A DNA stretch of 64,000 nucleotides from Phoronis australis (Eukaryota; Animalia; Phoronida). Positions 54,401 to 64,000 of this stretch are shown one piece after another (position 1 is the stretch's first letter; the number at the start of each line of letters is the position of its first letter). The stretch is from contig NMRA01000258.1 of the NCBI GenBank assembly GCA_002633005.1, forward strand, positions 124,001 to 188,000, read 5' to 3'. A program made the translations under genes and the position numbers. The notes under the pieces were generated by a model that was not told where the DNA came from, did no database searches, and saw nothing but the letters and a program-made list of their open reading frames with translations.

Positions 54401-56216
54401 AATTGTGTTCATTTCGCTTGATTTTAAAAGCACACTCGCTTACATTCACCAAATTAGAACACAAAATAAGTTTTGTCAGTTGAAAGATCTCACTAAAATA
54501 TAAACATTTCGCAACTCACAGCCCTGTTTGTATTTGCTTTATCTCATTATTAATGTTTTATCTTTTTAAAGTGAGCGAGGAATCCGGTGAAACCTGATTA
54601 CATATGGCGGTAATTGAGTGAGTGCTCATACTGCATGAGGCAGCTGTCACTTACTATGCTCGCCATTTTAGGTAGTGTAGTACTAGAATAAAAAAATCAT
54701 AAAAAATTCAGGTAATTTTGAAAATATTTGGTGTTGTATTGAATGCGTATTATTTTTTAATAAACCAAATCCGTTTTACGAAGTTTTAAATTATAATGAA
54801 GCAGAAAGACTACATTTAAAGGATACCCAACCTCGTTTTGGCACCGAATGTTTCACATGAAGCCTGTGCTTCTCAGTACCAACTGTTTCTTAAATTTACG
54901 TGGTCAACATATTGATCTGCTCCAGTTGAACCTCTTCACGAGCAACGCCTTACATCTCAGTTCCTTAACAAAACTACAACTGAAGATGATCACTTCAAGA
55001 CTACGCATGTGACATGTGACGTGAACAGTACGACCAACGTGCATATGACTGTTGTGTTCGGTTGTTCAGTCGCTGGAGCTGACAAAGGCTTCATCTTGTG
55101 GGATATTTCCTGTACTGGTAAGTATACAGCTCTGCAAAACAGGTTGTTTTGGTTCGCTAATGTTGGTTTTTTGTTATGCACTTTATCTGAAGGTTTGGGT
55201 GTTGAACAACTGGTGAAATCTCTGAAGAGATTAATGGAAAGTTGCGCACCAGTCATTCTGCCATTGGACAAATAAGATGGATGTTTTAGCATTGCCGCGT
55301 TTTGTCCTGAAGTCTGCACTTTTCGAGGGGATTCTCGTTTTGAAAGGATTGAAAGTCATGCTTTTGACACTTTTTGTAACAAACAGCCCCATTGGGGAAT
55401 TGAGGTACATGTATTCTATTAGAAATGAGGTCAATTTTGAGTGGGTGTTACTTATAACTGTTTTCTTTGTTAGACAATGCGACGTAGGTCACATTAATGC
55501 CCGACTCATCTCAATCATTTGCAGCTCGTCCCAGGAGAAGGAGGCCTCCAAAAGTAACCGGACCTGTGTTCCCCCGACCTAAACGAGCTCCATACGAAGC
55601 TCCGGCGGCTGAAGTAGTTGGCGGTTTTCAGTTGGTGATACTACTCGCCATTCTTGGATTTATCGTTTTTCTGGACCTTGTTACCATTAGTAAGAACTTG
55701 CACTTCATGCGAAGAAATCTTCGATGGACGAAAAGAGAGCGCTCTCGCCCTAGGAACAACAAACGATGGGTGAAAAATGCGAAGAATTTGCAGACCATGC
55801 GAAAGACTCTTCGACGCTTGAAGGTCATAAAAGCTCGCTCAAAGCTCAACAACATTCAAACTAAGCAAAAGACTCTTAAGCGGTTAAAAGATTTGAAAGC
55901 CCATGCAAAACCCAGCGAACAACCACCTTTGAAATGCAATACAAAACAAATTAGCCATAGACGCTTAGACCCTGTGACACCTGTGGGAAAATGTAGACAA
56001 CACCCTTTAAAACTCAATAGCTGGATGGATCACGTTCCTTTTAATCTTAGGCTAAACATAAACAGTAGACAAGCACGAAGTCGTAACGCTGGAGCAGAAG
56101 AGAAAGCTCTAGGCAAGCGTTTAGTGGTGTTGTATCCTTGGCCATCGCTGACAACTGCCGCTGAGTTGTCTTCGTCTCACAAGCACAAGAGACAGAAGAA
56201 GATTTATGTTGCTTAG
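32522..56216 (+). CDS. Predicted mosaic type-I membrane protein (about 1247 aa): SP-ShK-ShK-TSP1-like-PAN-Kringle-CTL-WSC-mucin-TM
   Basis: Exons 32522-32564, 34208-34321, 37037-37150, 45125-45265, 46575-46856, 47596-47847, 48059-48239, 49844-50088, 50894-51127, 52843-54096, 54926-55117 and 55525-56216 total 3744 nt in one frame with GT-AG junctions. The PAN-to-TM part is well supported; joining the ShK and TSP1-like exons is inference. Confidence 0.6.
33520..33563. repeat. (AAT)n microsatellite
   Basis: Direct reading. Confidence 0.9.
34208..34321 (+). CDS. ShK toxin-like domain exon 1 (phase 1-1)
   Basis: [35 protein letters not shown] has the six-Cys ShKT pattern; TTAG acceptor and GTAAG donor. 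Confidence 0.9.
34780..36840 (-). mobile_element. Decayed non-LTR retrotransposon (CR1/L2-like reverse transcriptase)
   Basis: Minus strand reads [48 protein letters not shown] and C-terminal [16 protein letters not shown], with stops and frameshifts. Confidence 0.88.
37037..37150 (+). CDS. ShK toxin-like domain exon 2 (phase 1-1)
   Basis: [35 protein letters not shown]; 107/114 nt identical to ShK exon 1. Confidence 0.9.
38160..38164. other. Assembly gap (Ns); a single N also occurs at 41963
   Basis: N bases in the sequence. Confidence 0.95.
38170..41590 (-). mobile_element. Decayed Tx1/L1-clade LINE ORF2 (APE endonuclease end, RT, C-terminal zinc knuckle)
   Basis: Fragments [48 protein letters not shown] and [27 protein letters not shown]; many frameshifts. 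Confidence 0.9.
43290..44570 (-). mobile_element. Decayed Penelope-like element (RT remnant)
   Basis: [42 protein letters not shown]-like [10 protein letters not shown] and [21 protein letters not shown] are typical of PLE reverse transcriptases. Confidence 0.75.
45125..45265 (+). CDS. Cys-rich exon, thrombospondin-type-1-like (phase 1-1)
   Basis: [42 protein letters not shown] shows a W..CS.C..RTR...C pattern; ACAG acceptor and a weak GTGAAT donor. Confidence 0.5.
45331..45430. repeat. Exact 50-bp tandem duplication
   Basis: AAACAGCATAATTGGTTATTATGGTCTGTCTGAGACCTGAGCCTTATTGT occurs twice. Confidence 0.9.
46575..46856 (+). CDS. PAN/Apple domain exon (phase 1-1)
   Basis: [44 protein letters not shown] has the C-x3-C-x5-C...C PAN pattern. 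Confidence 0.8.
47596..47847 (+). CDS. Kringle domain exon (phase 1-1); absent from the supplied ORF track
   Basis: [35 protein letters not shown]...[35 protein letters not shown] is a canonical kringle. Confidence 0.95.
48059..50088 (+). CDS. C-type lectin-like domain in two exons (48059-48239 and 49844-50088)
   Basis: [15 protein letters not shown]...[10 protein letters not shown] / FWLGLTD...YTWSDGS...W...IICEK, joined by a matching phase-2 intron. Confidence 0.88.
50590..50815. repeat. About 28-bp degenerate minisatellite (AGTGTTGGAGCACAACCGCTAGTAT)
   Basis: About 8 degenerate copies upstream of the WSC exon. Confidence 0.75.
50894..51127 (+). CDS. WSC domain exon (phase 1-1)
   Basis: GCY...[29 protein letters not shown] matches the WSC pattern T...C...C...GY.FAGLQ....C.C. 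Confidence 0.85.
51575..52800. mobile_element. MITE-like element with imperfect terminal inverted repeats built of TGTAACA/TGTTACA motifs
   Basis: ATTTTACTTGTTTGTTACATTTTACGTTGGTAAGCCTCTCCTAAAATATAACA at about 51598 matches the reverse complement of 52742-52797. A related sequence lies at 61860-62245 in inverted orientation. Confidence 0.6.
52843..54096 (+). CDS. Thr/Ser-rich mucin-like stalk exon (418 codons, phase 1-1)
   Basis: Long open frame with repeated TTTFSTSSPxxxERSIxNQT units and many NxT/S sequons; TTTCAG acceptor and GTAAGT donor. Confidence 0.88.
54926..55117 (+). CDS. Membrane-proximal Cys-containing exon (phase 1-1)
   Basis: CCAG acceptor and GTAAGT donor; 64 open codons including [21 protein letters not shown]. 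Confidence 0.65.
55525..56216 (+). CDS. Terminal exon: transmembrane helix and basic cytoplasmic tail
   Basis: TTTGCAG phase-1 acceptor; [25 protein letters not shown] is a hydrophobic helix followed by a K/R-rich tail. Confidence 0.8.
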
Positions 56217-59200
56217 ATGGTTTACAAATTCAGAGACATTGCCGTATATTACAAGCGAAGCACACTAGCTTCAATAGTGAGATGCTTGCGTCTATGGTGT
56301 TCTGCCCAGATTACCACCTATGAGTGAAACAACTTTTTGTGATTCGCAGAAGCGGGTGCATCTCAGAGCTTAGATTTGTGGGATACAAGTCCCCCTAATC
56401 ACTATTATTGTTATATGCTATTAGTAATCGCGCGTCGCACCTGAACTGTGGTCCCGGCACATTTTCCGATAACATTGAAATAGGAGGCACAGAACAGTTC
56501 TCACTGGGTTTTGCCTAGCAAAACACACATCACTTGATTTGTAACCTTTTCTTCACTCTGTCAAAAACAGGATGCAAAGAATGGCATGTTTTCAATTATT
56601 TCACATAAAAAGCCCAGCAGATGAGCACAGAAACTTTATTCTTTCTTGTATTTTTGACCATTTCATTCCCACTGACAACCAAGCTAGACTAAGAAAAATA
56701 AGGGCAAAAAAATGCAAAATCGGCACTTTTCACCCGAAAAACACCACTTCCCTGCCGATGCACGACTAAAACCAACCTTAGAGTCTGAAAGCAAATTTCC
56801 TACCGATTCAGAAAATGTGGTCCAAAAGTGCTGTCAACCAACTAGTTTTTTTGCAATTCTGGCTTGTTTGAGGGCTACCTAAAATCACAGCCAATTTCTC
56901 GGTCGCTACCCAACAATGCACAATTGCAGCCGGGGCCGCCATCTTGAAGAAGAGTGCAGCTACAGCCAAGAAAGTGGCCTTTTTTATTCACAGCATGTTC
57001 ACAAATACAAACAAACCACATTCACTGAGCCTACGTGCAGTGCCCACCTACAAAATGCCCCCAAACTTGGCCTACCCCAAAATTTCTATATTTTGGCAGT
57101 GCAAATTGGCCGCGGCCGCAGCCTAACTATTCAGTGCCACCGTAGCAGTCCAGTGAACTCACTGAGAAGTTAAACACAATATGGCTGCCCATAGGCGACA
57201 ACGTCACCTCGTGAACAATAATGAAACTAAATAACTTCAGTAGCGATCAACTGAGTACTGGCACAAGAGAATCTTGTGACAAATTTATGGCATCTGCCAG
57301 AATAGAATCCGTTACGACCTCAGGTTTTTCGGTTTTCAGGGGTATGATCGTGACGAAACTGTGAAGGTTGGTTAAGAGACGACGATGGGGATTATGCATT
57401 CGGCAAACACTAACCTCCCAAATTTCGGACTTTAGCTCCGTTTAGGGGAGAAATGAATCTTTATTGGGATGAGGTACGTGATACCAATGAGCCATATATA
57501 TGGAGACGACACGTCACTGCTCTCAAGCCAGACAGCGCTTGCCACGCGGTCCGCCATATTGGTAGTAAGAAGAAATGTAAACAAAAGCACGATGGCCTAA
57601 TGGAAGCCGGGAAAGTTTTAGAGTAACATTTGAATTGTAAATCTGTGACCCACGCATTGCTTTAAGGGTCATACAAGCCATTGCACAGACAAAATTCCTA
57701 ATGCTTCTGCTGAAATTCTCATGGACTTTGGTAGGGCCTGGGAGGTTTCGCCGGCTCAGTTTCTTTTAACAGTGACAAATTTATTAAAACACATAAAAAT
57801 ATAATGCTATAAAATTCAGCCCGGAAACCGCAGTTAGCATTATATCCGGCTCAGTCGAAAGGGAAATCATTGAAATGTATGCTTTTTATAAAGTTTGAAA
57901 ATATTTCCTTTGTAATTAGTGAGAATATGCAGTCATTAACATTTTTCTTCGTTGTATGTGTATAGAACCTATTGTTCAGTTGTTTACAAACCGACTAGAC
58001 GATTTGCACGAACCCAATTTCCCGAAAGGTGATTGGAATTGTCTATTTCAGGTTTTACTAAAGACTAATAATTACATCGATATGCAGATTTTTTTTTCAC
58101 AAATAAAGCGCATGTAGGGGGTGCTGGGGTGTCTCAAAAATGTTACTTCAGTGATAAGCTACGTTTCTGTAACTCTTGTCCTAGTACAAAATTCCTCTTA
58201 CCGTGGTGAACTTGTTGTTTGTACAGTTTGAAACTACATAGTCTCAAAATTCAAACCGTTGTGTCATAGACTCTGTTGTAAAAAACACACACTACGACTG
58301 CAATACAAGTACATAGGCGGATCTAGGGTTTTTTAAAAAGGCGTTCGCAATATAGATTTTTATACCTGTCCAATACGACCATTATGTGTGGAAGCCCAGA
58401 TTTTGTTCAGTCAATAACAAGAACATATTCAATCTGATTGGCCATCCAGAAGAGCAACAAAAGATTTCACACTTACAGACACCACAAATTAAGATGCGGT
58501 AACCATTTCGAACAATAAAGTTTCGCTTTATTTCAAAATAATCATCATCGCGCAGTAACAACACACCGTGACACAAACAGGATACGTCATATCCTGTTTG
58601 TGTCTAGTTGGGACAAAATTACTGTACCTGTACATACACTCCACTTCAGCAAAAGTCAGATTTCAACCAACTCAAGTGAAAAGTTGAACAATTGTTTCTG
58701 CGACCGGATCATTTTATTTCAGTTTCAATTTTAAATCACGAAAGACCAAAACTTTATGTCATTGGTTCTGGATCTAATCTTTGTGCTGGAAACTTAACTT
58801 TATTTTTGATGTTCTCTGTTATAGTTTAATACAAACTAAAGATAGGAGTCAAGACTCTCTAATTATATGCTCGAGTATATACAGTATATGTAATGATTTT
58901 CATGGATGGTTTTCTAATAATCTTAGGTTGCACTTGATGACCTTCGCATTAAAGCTATGGATTTTTTTTCGAAATCACGTGTTGTTACTTGAGTTGTACC
59001 TAGAATCTTGGGGTCATCAAGAGTGAGTTTAGATTAGAAACTTGTGCACATAAACTATAATTTACTTGAGCCAATGAGACATAGAACTTATAAACACTGT
59101 TTATGTATTCAAAGTAAATTTACGGCGGGCTGTTTCGAAAACCAATAACTCCCTTTTTAAAGAAAAATGATTCAAAGCAATTTCAGCTGGCATCAGGTAA

Positions 59201-59404
59201 CAATGGGGAAAAAGAGAATCTAAAATAATTTCAGCTCACATCAGACAATGTTGGGAAAAGGATAGCGACCGATTTCAGTTGGCCTTTTCTATTTGAAAGT
59301 TTGGACAACTAAACACTAGCGCATGACCACTTCAATTTTAAAAAAATCACAGACTACAACCATATGCTATTTTTTACATAAAAGTCATGAATTCACCAGT
59401 TCTG

Positions 59405-59845
59405 CGTCTCACTGGTAAAACCAGTAGACGTGTTATGATTGTTACGGCTCTAGAAGAGTGGCTTTCGAGCCTGGTACAAACCTGACGGAAAGAAGATGAA
59501 CTACTGGGGAGGCGCCAAGAGCGGGAGTGGCCAGTGTTCGTGCGGTAGACACAACAACTGCATCAACATCTCCACCACGTGCAACTGTGATGTTGGCGTC
59601 AAGTATTGGAACATTGACGGTGGATACGCTGCATCTATGGACGTACCAGTCACTAAACTCGCCTTCGGAGATACTGACGGTCCGGACAAGGCGGCTTATT
59701 ACACTATCGGCCCCCTATCATGTTATGACAGATAACTAGTATTTGAATTTGAGTGCTATTTTGAAGTGAAATTCCAGGACTGAGGACATATTAAACAAAA
59801 ATTCCATGCTAGCCATTTTCCGCGTTCTTCCAGTCGTCATTAAAT
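59405..59845 (+). pseudogene. 5'-truncated pseudogene copy C of the fibrinogen-like gene B (end of exon 2 plus 3' UTR)
   Basis: Near-identical to 27637-28090. The upstream part has stops (TGT>TAA, GAG>TAG) and a deletion; exon 1 and the first half of exon 2 are absent. Confidence 0.88.
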
Positions 59846-61604
59846 TGCGAGTCTTAAGGTATTACTAGATCTTCTGAAGCTGACACAAGACTTTAACGAG
59901 ATATTTCAATTTTTAGACCTACTGCTCATTAGTTCCCTTCAATTAAAACACTGTTTTACCACCGGGGGGTGTAGCCCGTACAGTTTCAACTCCAGCCGAA
60001 AGGTGTTTTCTTGCAATCTTTTGTTGATGCTCACGGGTCATGAACCAATTGTGTATTCGGCATTACAGTAAACAAACTTCCTTTGGTAAGCACAACAGAA
60101 ACAATGACATCGTATTTTGCTGATATTTATCGTATTTCTTCGGGAACAAACGACAATAACAGAAAAATTTTACTCGGAGAATTCAATTTCGGAAGCCAGT
60201 TTGATAGAAACAACACCTGTTTCAGTCCACATTGTGGAAGAAGGAAATAAAAGCACGCAGGCGGGCAGGTTGACAGATTTTGCCAGTACAACAGCAAAAG
60301 ATCGCCTTTGAGAAGGGCGAGCCAATAGTTTAGAAGGTGGCGGCTTAGTAACGTGTTTTAAAGAGCTTACAAAATATCATTGTTCCTATGATGTCAAACC
60401 TGTCTGAAATAGTGGTGGTAACAACAGATCAAACTGTGACGCGTATGCGTAAACATGGGAGGCCTAGCTGAGAAAACAGAAAGAAAATATTTTGGCACTC
60501 TTAAAGGGCATCATCATTTTGCTCCAACCGGGTCGAGGTCGATAGTTTAAAGGAGCTCTAGTCCAAAAAACCTGACTGCCGGCCTTTCGGACAACACAAA
60601 CATGTACTTTCTCTTTCTATTATCTTTTACCATAAAATATGAATTAAAAGTACTATTTGGTCATTGTTCGTTAGTTGAAAGCACATATAAATAATGACAA
60701 AGATTGGACATTCTACTATTAATGGACGTGAAGTCACGTGTCTCATGAGGCGCCATTTATTGTGTTGCAGCTCGTTGTCAACAACACTCGTGGTTGTAGG
60801 CAGCTAGGGAATTTGGTACATTAATCGTTTTGATACATCGCCGCATAAAAAGCGGATATCAAACATCGCTGACGTTGACGTTGGCCGTTTTTTGTTTCAT
60901 ACAATTCACTTTCAATGGAGCCTAGTTGAAATCACTCAGTTAAATGTTTTTTAAGAATATTGGGGTCCGTTCCACATAAAATTGTTGGGTGTTTTGTATG
61001 TCCGTTATCAGCTATTCTAATGACGCGGTGACCGTTGCCATAGCCGACTAGTCGGTAGTTCTCGAAGAAGGTCTGCCTCCAGGGTGAAACTTGGAGCAAT
61101 TTTTGAACTTACATCATCGTGGACCGACCCCAGTTCTTTGAAAAGGAATGTTTTCAAGGGAGACAAAAATAATTACAGGGTGGGTATCCTCAAGTTTAGA
61201 AGTAAGTCGCAAGTAAATGAATTCAGTTCTTCGTGGCAAACTACAGAAGGATATTTACAAACAATACCGTGCTTGCAGACAGTTAAAAAATTATCAATTT
61301 CTGAAGTTGACGCACGTCTAAACAAGACATTAAATCTCAACCTCCTCGTTTCCAAAAAGTAGGCCAACTCTGCATCAACAGCTGCCAAGACGTTTCTCAC
61401 AATATCATTAGGGCTGAACATAGGAACCACTTTAAAATCATTTTGAAATAGTTGTCCACTATGGAAAGCCCAGTGAAAACATTGAGCCATAAGCGAGACG
61501 ATTCTAAAATCTTCTAGGACCATGTCGTATTAGCATTTTGTTAACGTCTATTGTGCATATTGCACTGTGTCCTAGTTAAATAAATCCAAAATATTAATAT
61601 TAAA

Positions 61605-61725
61605 AATAATGATAACGATAACGATAATGGTAATAGTAGTAATAGCAGTAATAGTAGTAAAGGTCGTAATAGTAATAGTAGACATAGTAGTAATAGTAAT
61701 GTAATACTAATAAAAGTGATAATGG
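61605..61725. repeat. Degenerate (AAT/AGT)n low-complexity tract
   Basis: Direct reading. Confidence 0.8.
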
Positions 61726-61859
61726 GTAGCCAAATTAATGCCTTGTCAGCCCGGAGGGCATTCCTTTAGAAGAGGTATACAAAAACTGCCGCCCAAAAAG
61801 TTTTTCACTGCAAAAAATGTCGAACTCCAAAATGGTGCCATTTTCGACAAAATTCTATC

Positions 61860-62245
61860 TGAAAGTGTGCCTTTTATGAATTTCTGGAACTGAACTGTGC
61901 AAAAATGTGAGTTTTTACACAAAATTAGTTTCTAAATGGGTCACTTTTTGTCTGAGCCCACTCTCCAAACTGGTAGGTATCCAAATTTTTCGAGCGGCAC
62001 TCCTCGCCCAAAAATAATCCTCTACCCCCGGCCGTGTCAGATACCACTCCATCGTGATTTTGGTCATTTTCCTTGTAATATGACGTTGGTTTCGTAAAAT
62101 GTTACAATGGTACATTTCCCGCATGTGCATTGAACGTAAAATGTAACAACTACGCAAAATGTAACAATTTGTTACATTTTAGGGGAAACGTAGCAACGTA
62201 AAATGTAACAATTACGTAGAATGTAAAAACTGTTACACTTTACGG
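61860..62245 (-). mobile_element. Fragments of the same repeat family as 51575-51830
   Basis: Reverse complement matches GACCCATTTA..AAAAWTCACATTTT..AAATTCAYAAAAGGCAC and the TGTTACATTTTACG array. Confidence 0.6.
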
Positions 62246-62424
62246 CGTATCAAGGCGTTCACAGTCAGTTGCTTGAAGTCGCTTGACGTCAAAGGTCACA
62301 TTTTCTATATAAGAAAGACAAGAAAGACATGCTACAGTACGTCTGTATCTTGCAATACCAAATAAAGAGATGTGCTTTGCCCTGTGGGAGAAAAATCGAA
62401 GAAGTGGCGAGTAATTGGTCGACT

Positions 62425-63725
62425 ATTTTTTTTGCTTTTGAAATCTGAAACTAAAAGAAAAATGCTTTGATATGAGCAGAAATTAAAAATCTCAAAGAAA
62501 AAAACCTAAAATAGCTGGTGAGCAGGTTGAATTCTATTTCAGCAGCTGAGAACCTTTTTCAATATTGCAATTTTGAGCTCATCCATTAACATTTTCAATA
62601 ATCGGTGATGCGAACGCGGATAATTGAAGCGTGGCTACTAATGGACAAGCATAATGCCGTCGGATTCATAAAAAATTTATTATACAAAACTATGTGTTGG
62701 CATTTAAATTTGTATACATCCAATCAATATTGATATCGCTCGATAAGGATACGCTAAATAAAGGGAGCACCACCGCCGACTTCACTCATCAGGCACACCT
62801 ACTCTACGGATTTGTTCAGGAAAGCTGTGTCACTGATAAAGATGCTTTCATTTCTAGTCTTAGTAATATCTATGCCACAGAACATAGGTAAGTTTTCACA
62901 AAGAACCAACGTCAATGAGCAAAGCTCAGATTTTTTTATTTATTATGATACAATGCAACAATATGTTTCGTCGATCTTTTTTCGAAACAAATATTGACTT
63001 GAAATCTAATTAAGCAATAGTAAGTTGACCCATATAAGGCTGCTGCTAGAGACGGGCTCCGACAATTTCTGTTCATCCTCGCCCCATGCAGTTTCTTTTT
63101 GAGAAACCATCTGACATAATCCATTCTACAAATGGATGACGTACTACAGAATATCAGGTAGTAAGATGTGGATGAACCGATAGTGAAATCTTTCTTGCTC
63201 ATCAAATATTCTAAATGGCAATACCTTTGCAATTAGTGGAAGTTATTGCCTCTAATTCATTCAGTTTCACCTTTATCGCCACCGTTTGTTTGAACTCATC
63301 TACATTTACAAGTGCGATTAGACATATTGTACTAGCCGAACACAGTTACCCAACCCTTTTGTGTAGAGTAGAAAATCCTTACAAATTATGCTGCACGTTT
63401 AGGGGGCCCTTGCGTTAGCAACTTTTGGAAGGTTTATATTCAAATACTGTAAATTCAAAGTTTTTAAAAATTTTGAAATATTAATCGAATGATTCCAAAA
63501 ATGTTATCGGTATTTTTGTTCTTGTCGACATTTATTCGTCGGTCTGAGAATAACAATTATAAAGGTAAGATATTTTAATCATGTATATTATTGTTCAAAA
63601 ATAATTCATTCTTTGCTTGAAATGTTTTAATTTTGATTGCGCAGGATCAGATAAAAAAGACTCAAATTTAGAGCGTTCTTGGACTGGTAATTGCTTACCT
63701 AATCATGGGCCAATATTTTAAAAGA
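62425..63725 (+). repeat. Segmental duplication block, copy 2
   Basis: Colinear with 31850-33420 but lacks an insert of about 220 bp present in copy 1 at about 31990-32225. Confidence 0.92.
62842..62887 (+). CDS. First coding exon of a second receptor/ShK paralogue; the gene would continue beyond the window
   Basis: MLSFLVLVISMPQNI(G) followed by GTAAGT; homologous to 32522-32564. Confidence 0.55.
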
Positions 63726-64000
63726 AATTATTAAATTTATGAATTTTCGACATTTTATTAAATATATGATCTGTTTTGTTATGTATTCTGGCAACTCGGT
63801 AAAGTTGTTGCAATGTTTATATAAAATTGAAACAAAGTGTCAAAGTATGTCTCAGTACATATAATTTATAATAACTTAGGAGTGTTCGTGGTGCAAATGT
63901 TTTGAGAAATCAACAATGATTGATTCATATTGCGTTAACGGTTTCAGATGAAATAAAACTAATTGACCGCCGTGTGAACGCATTTTATTTTAGTGTTTGC

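Noticed and set aside
56496-57165. Possible hAT-like MITE bounded by CAGTTCTCACTGG and CCAGTGAACTCACTG
   Set aside because: The terminal match is short and imperfect, and no target-site duplication was found.

Overview
This is AT-rich, intron-rich animal genomic DNA, probably from a marine lophotrochozoan (inference); it is not prokaryotic, so most listed ORFs are spurious or exon fragments. (1) 709-19842 (+): the 3' part of a DCDC1-like gene (doublecortin plus ricin-B domains) in about 26 exons, with minisatellite-rich introns. (2) 21806-27974: a head-to-head pair of 2-exon genes for secreted proteins (signal peptide, coiled coil, stand-alone Caspr/neurexin-IV-type fibrinogen-like domain), with a third, decayed copy at about 59.4-59.85 kb. 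(3) 32522-56216 (+): 12 exons, with all domain junctions in phase 1, splice in silico into one ORF of about 1247 aa. This predicts a mosaic single-pass receptor: SP-ShK-ShK-TSP1-like-PAN-Kringle-C-type lectin-WSC-mucin stalk-Cys module-TM-basic tail. Its introns hold decayed CR1-like, Tx1/L1-like and Penelope-like retroelements. (4) From about 59.4 kb a second copy of the [fibrinogen-like gene + receptor 5' end] unit begins, indicating a tandem segmental duplication with a period of about 30-32 kb. All exon models were read by hand and are unverified by transcripts.
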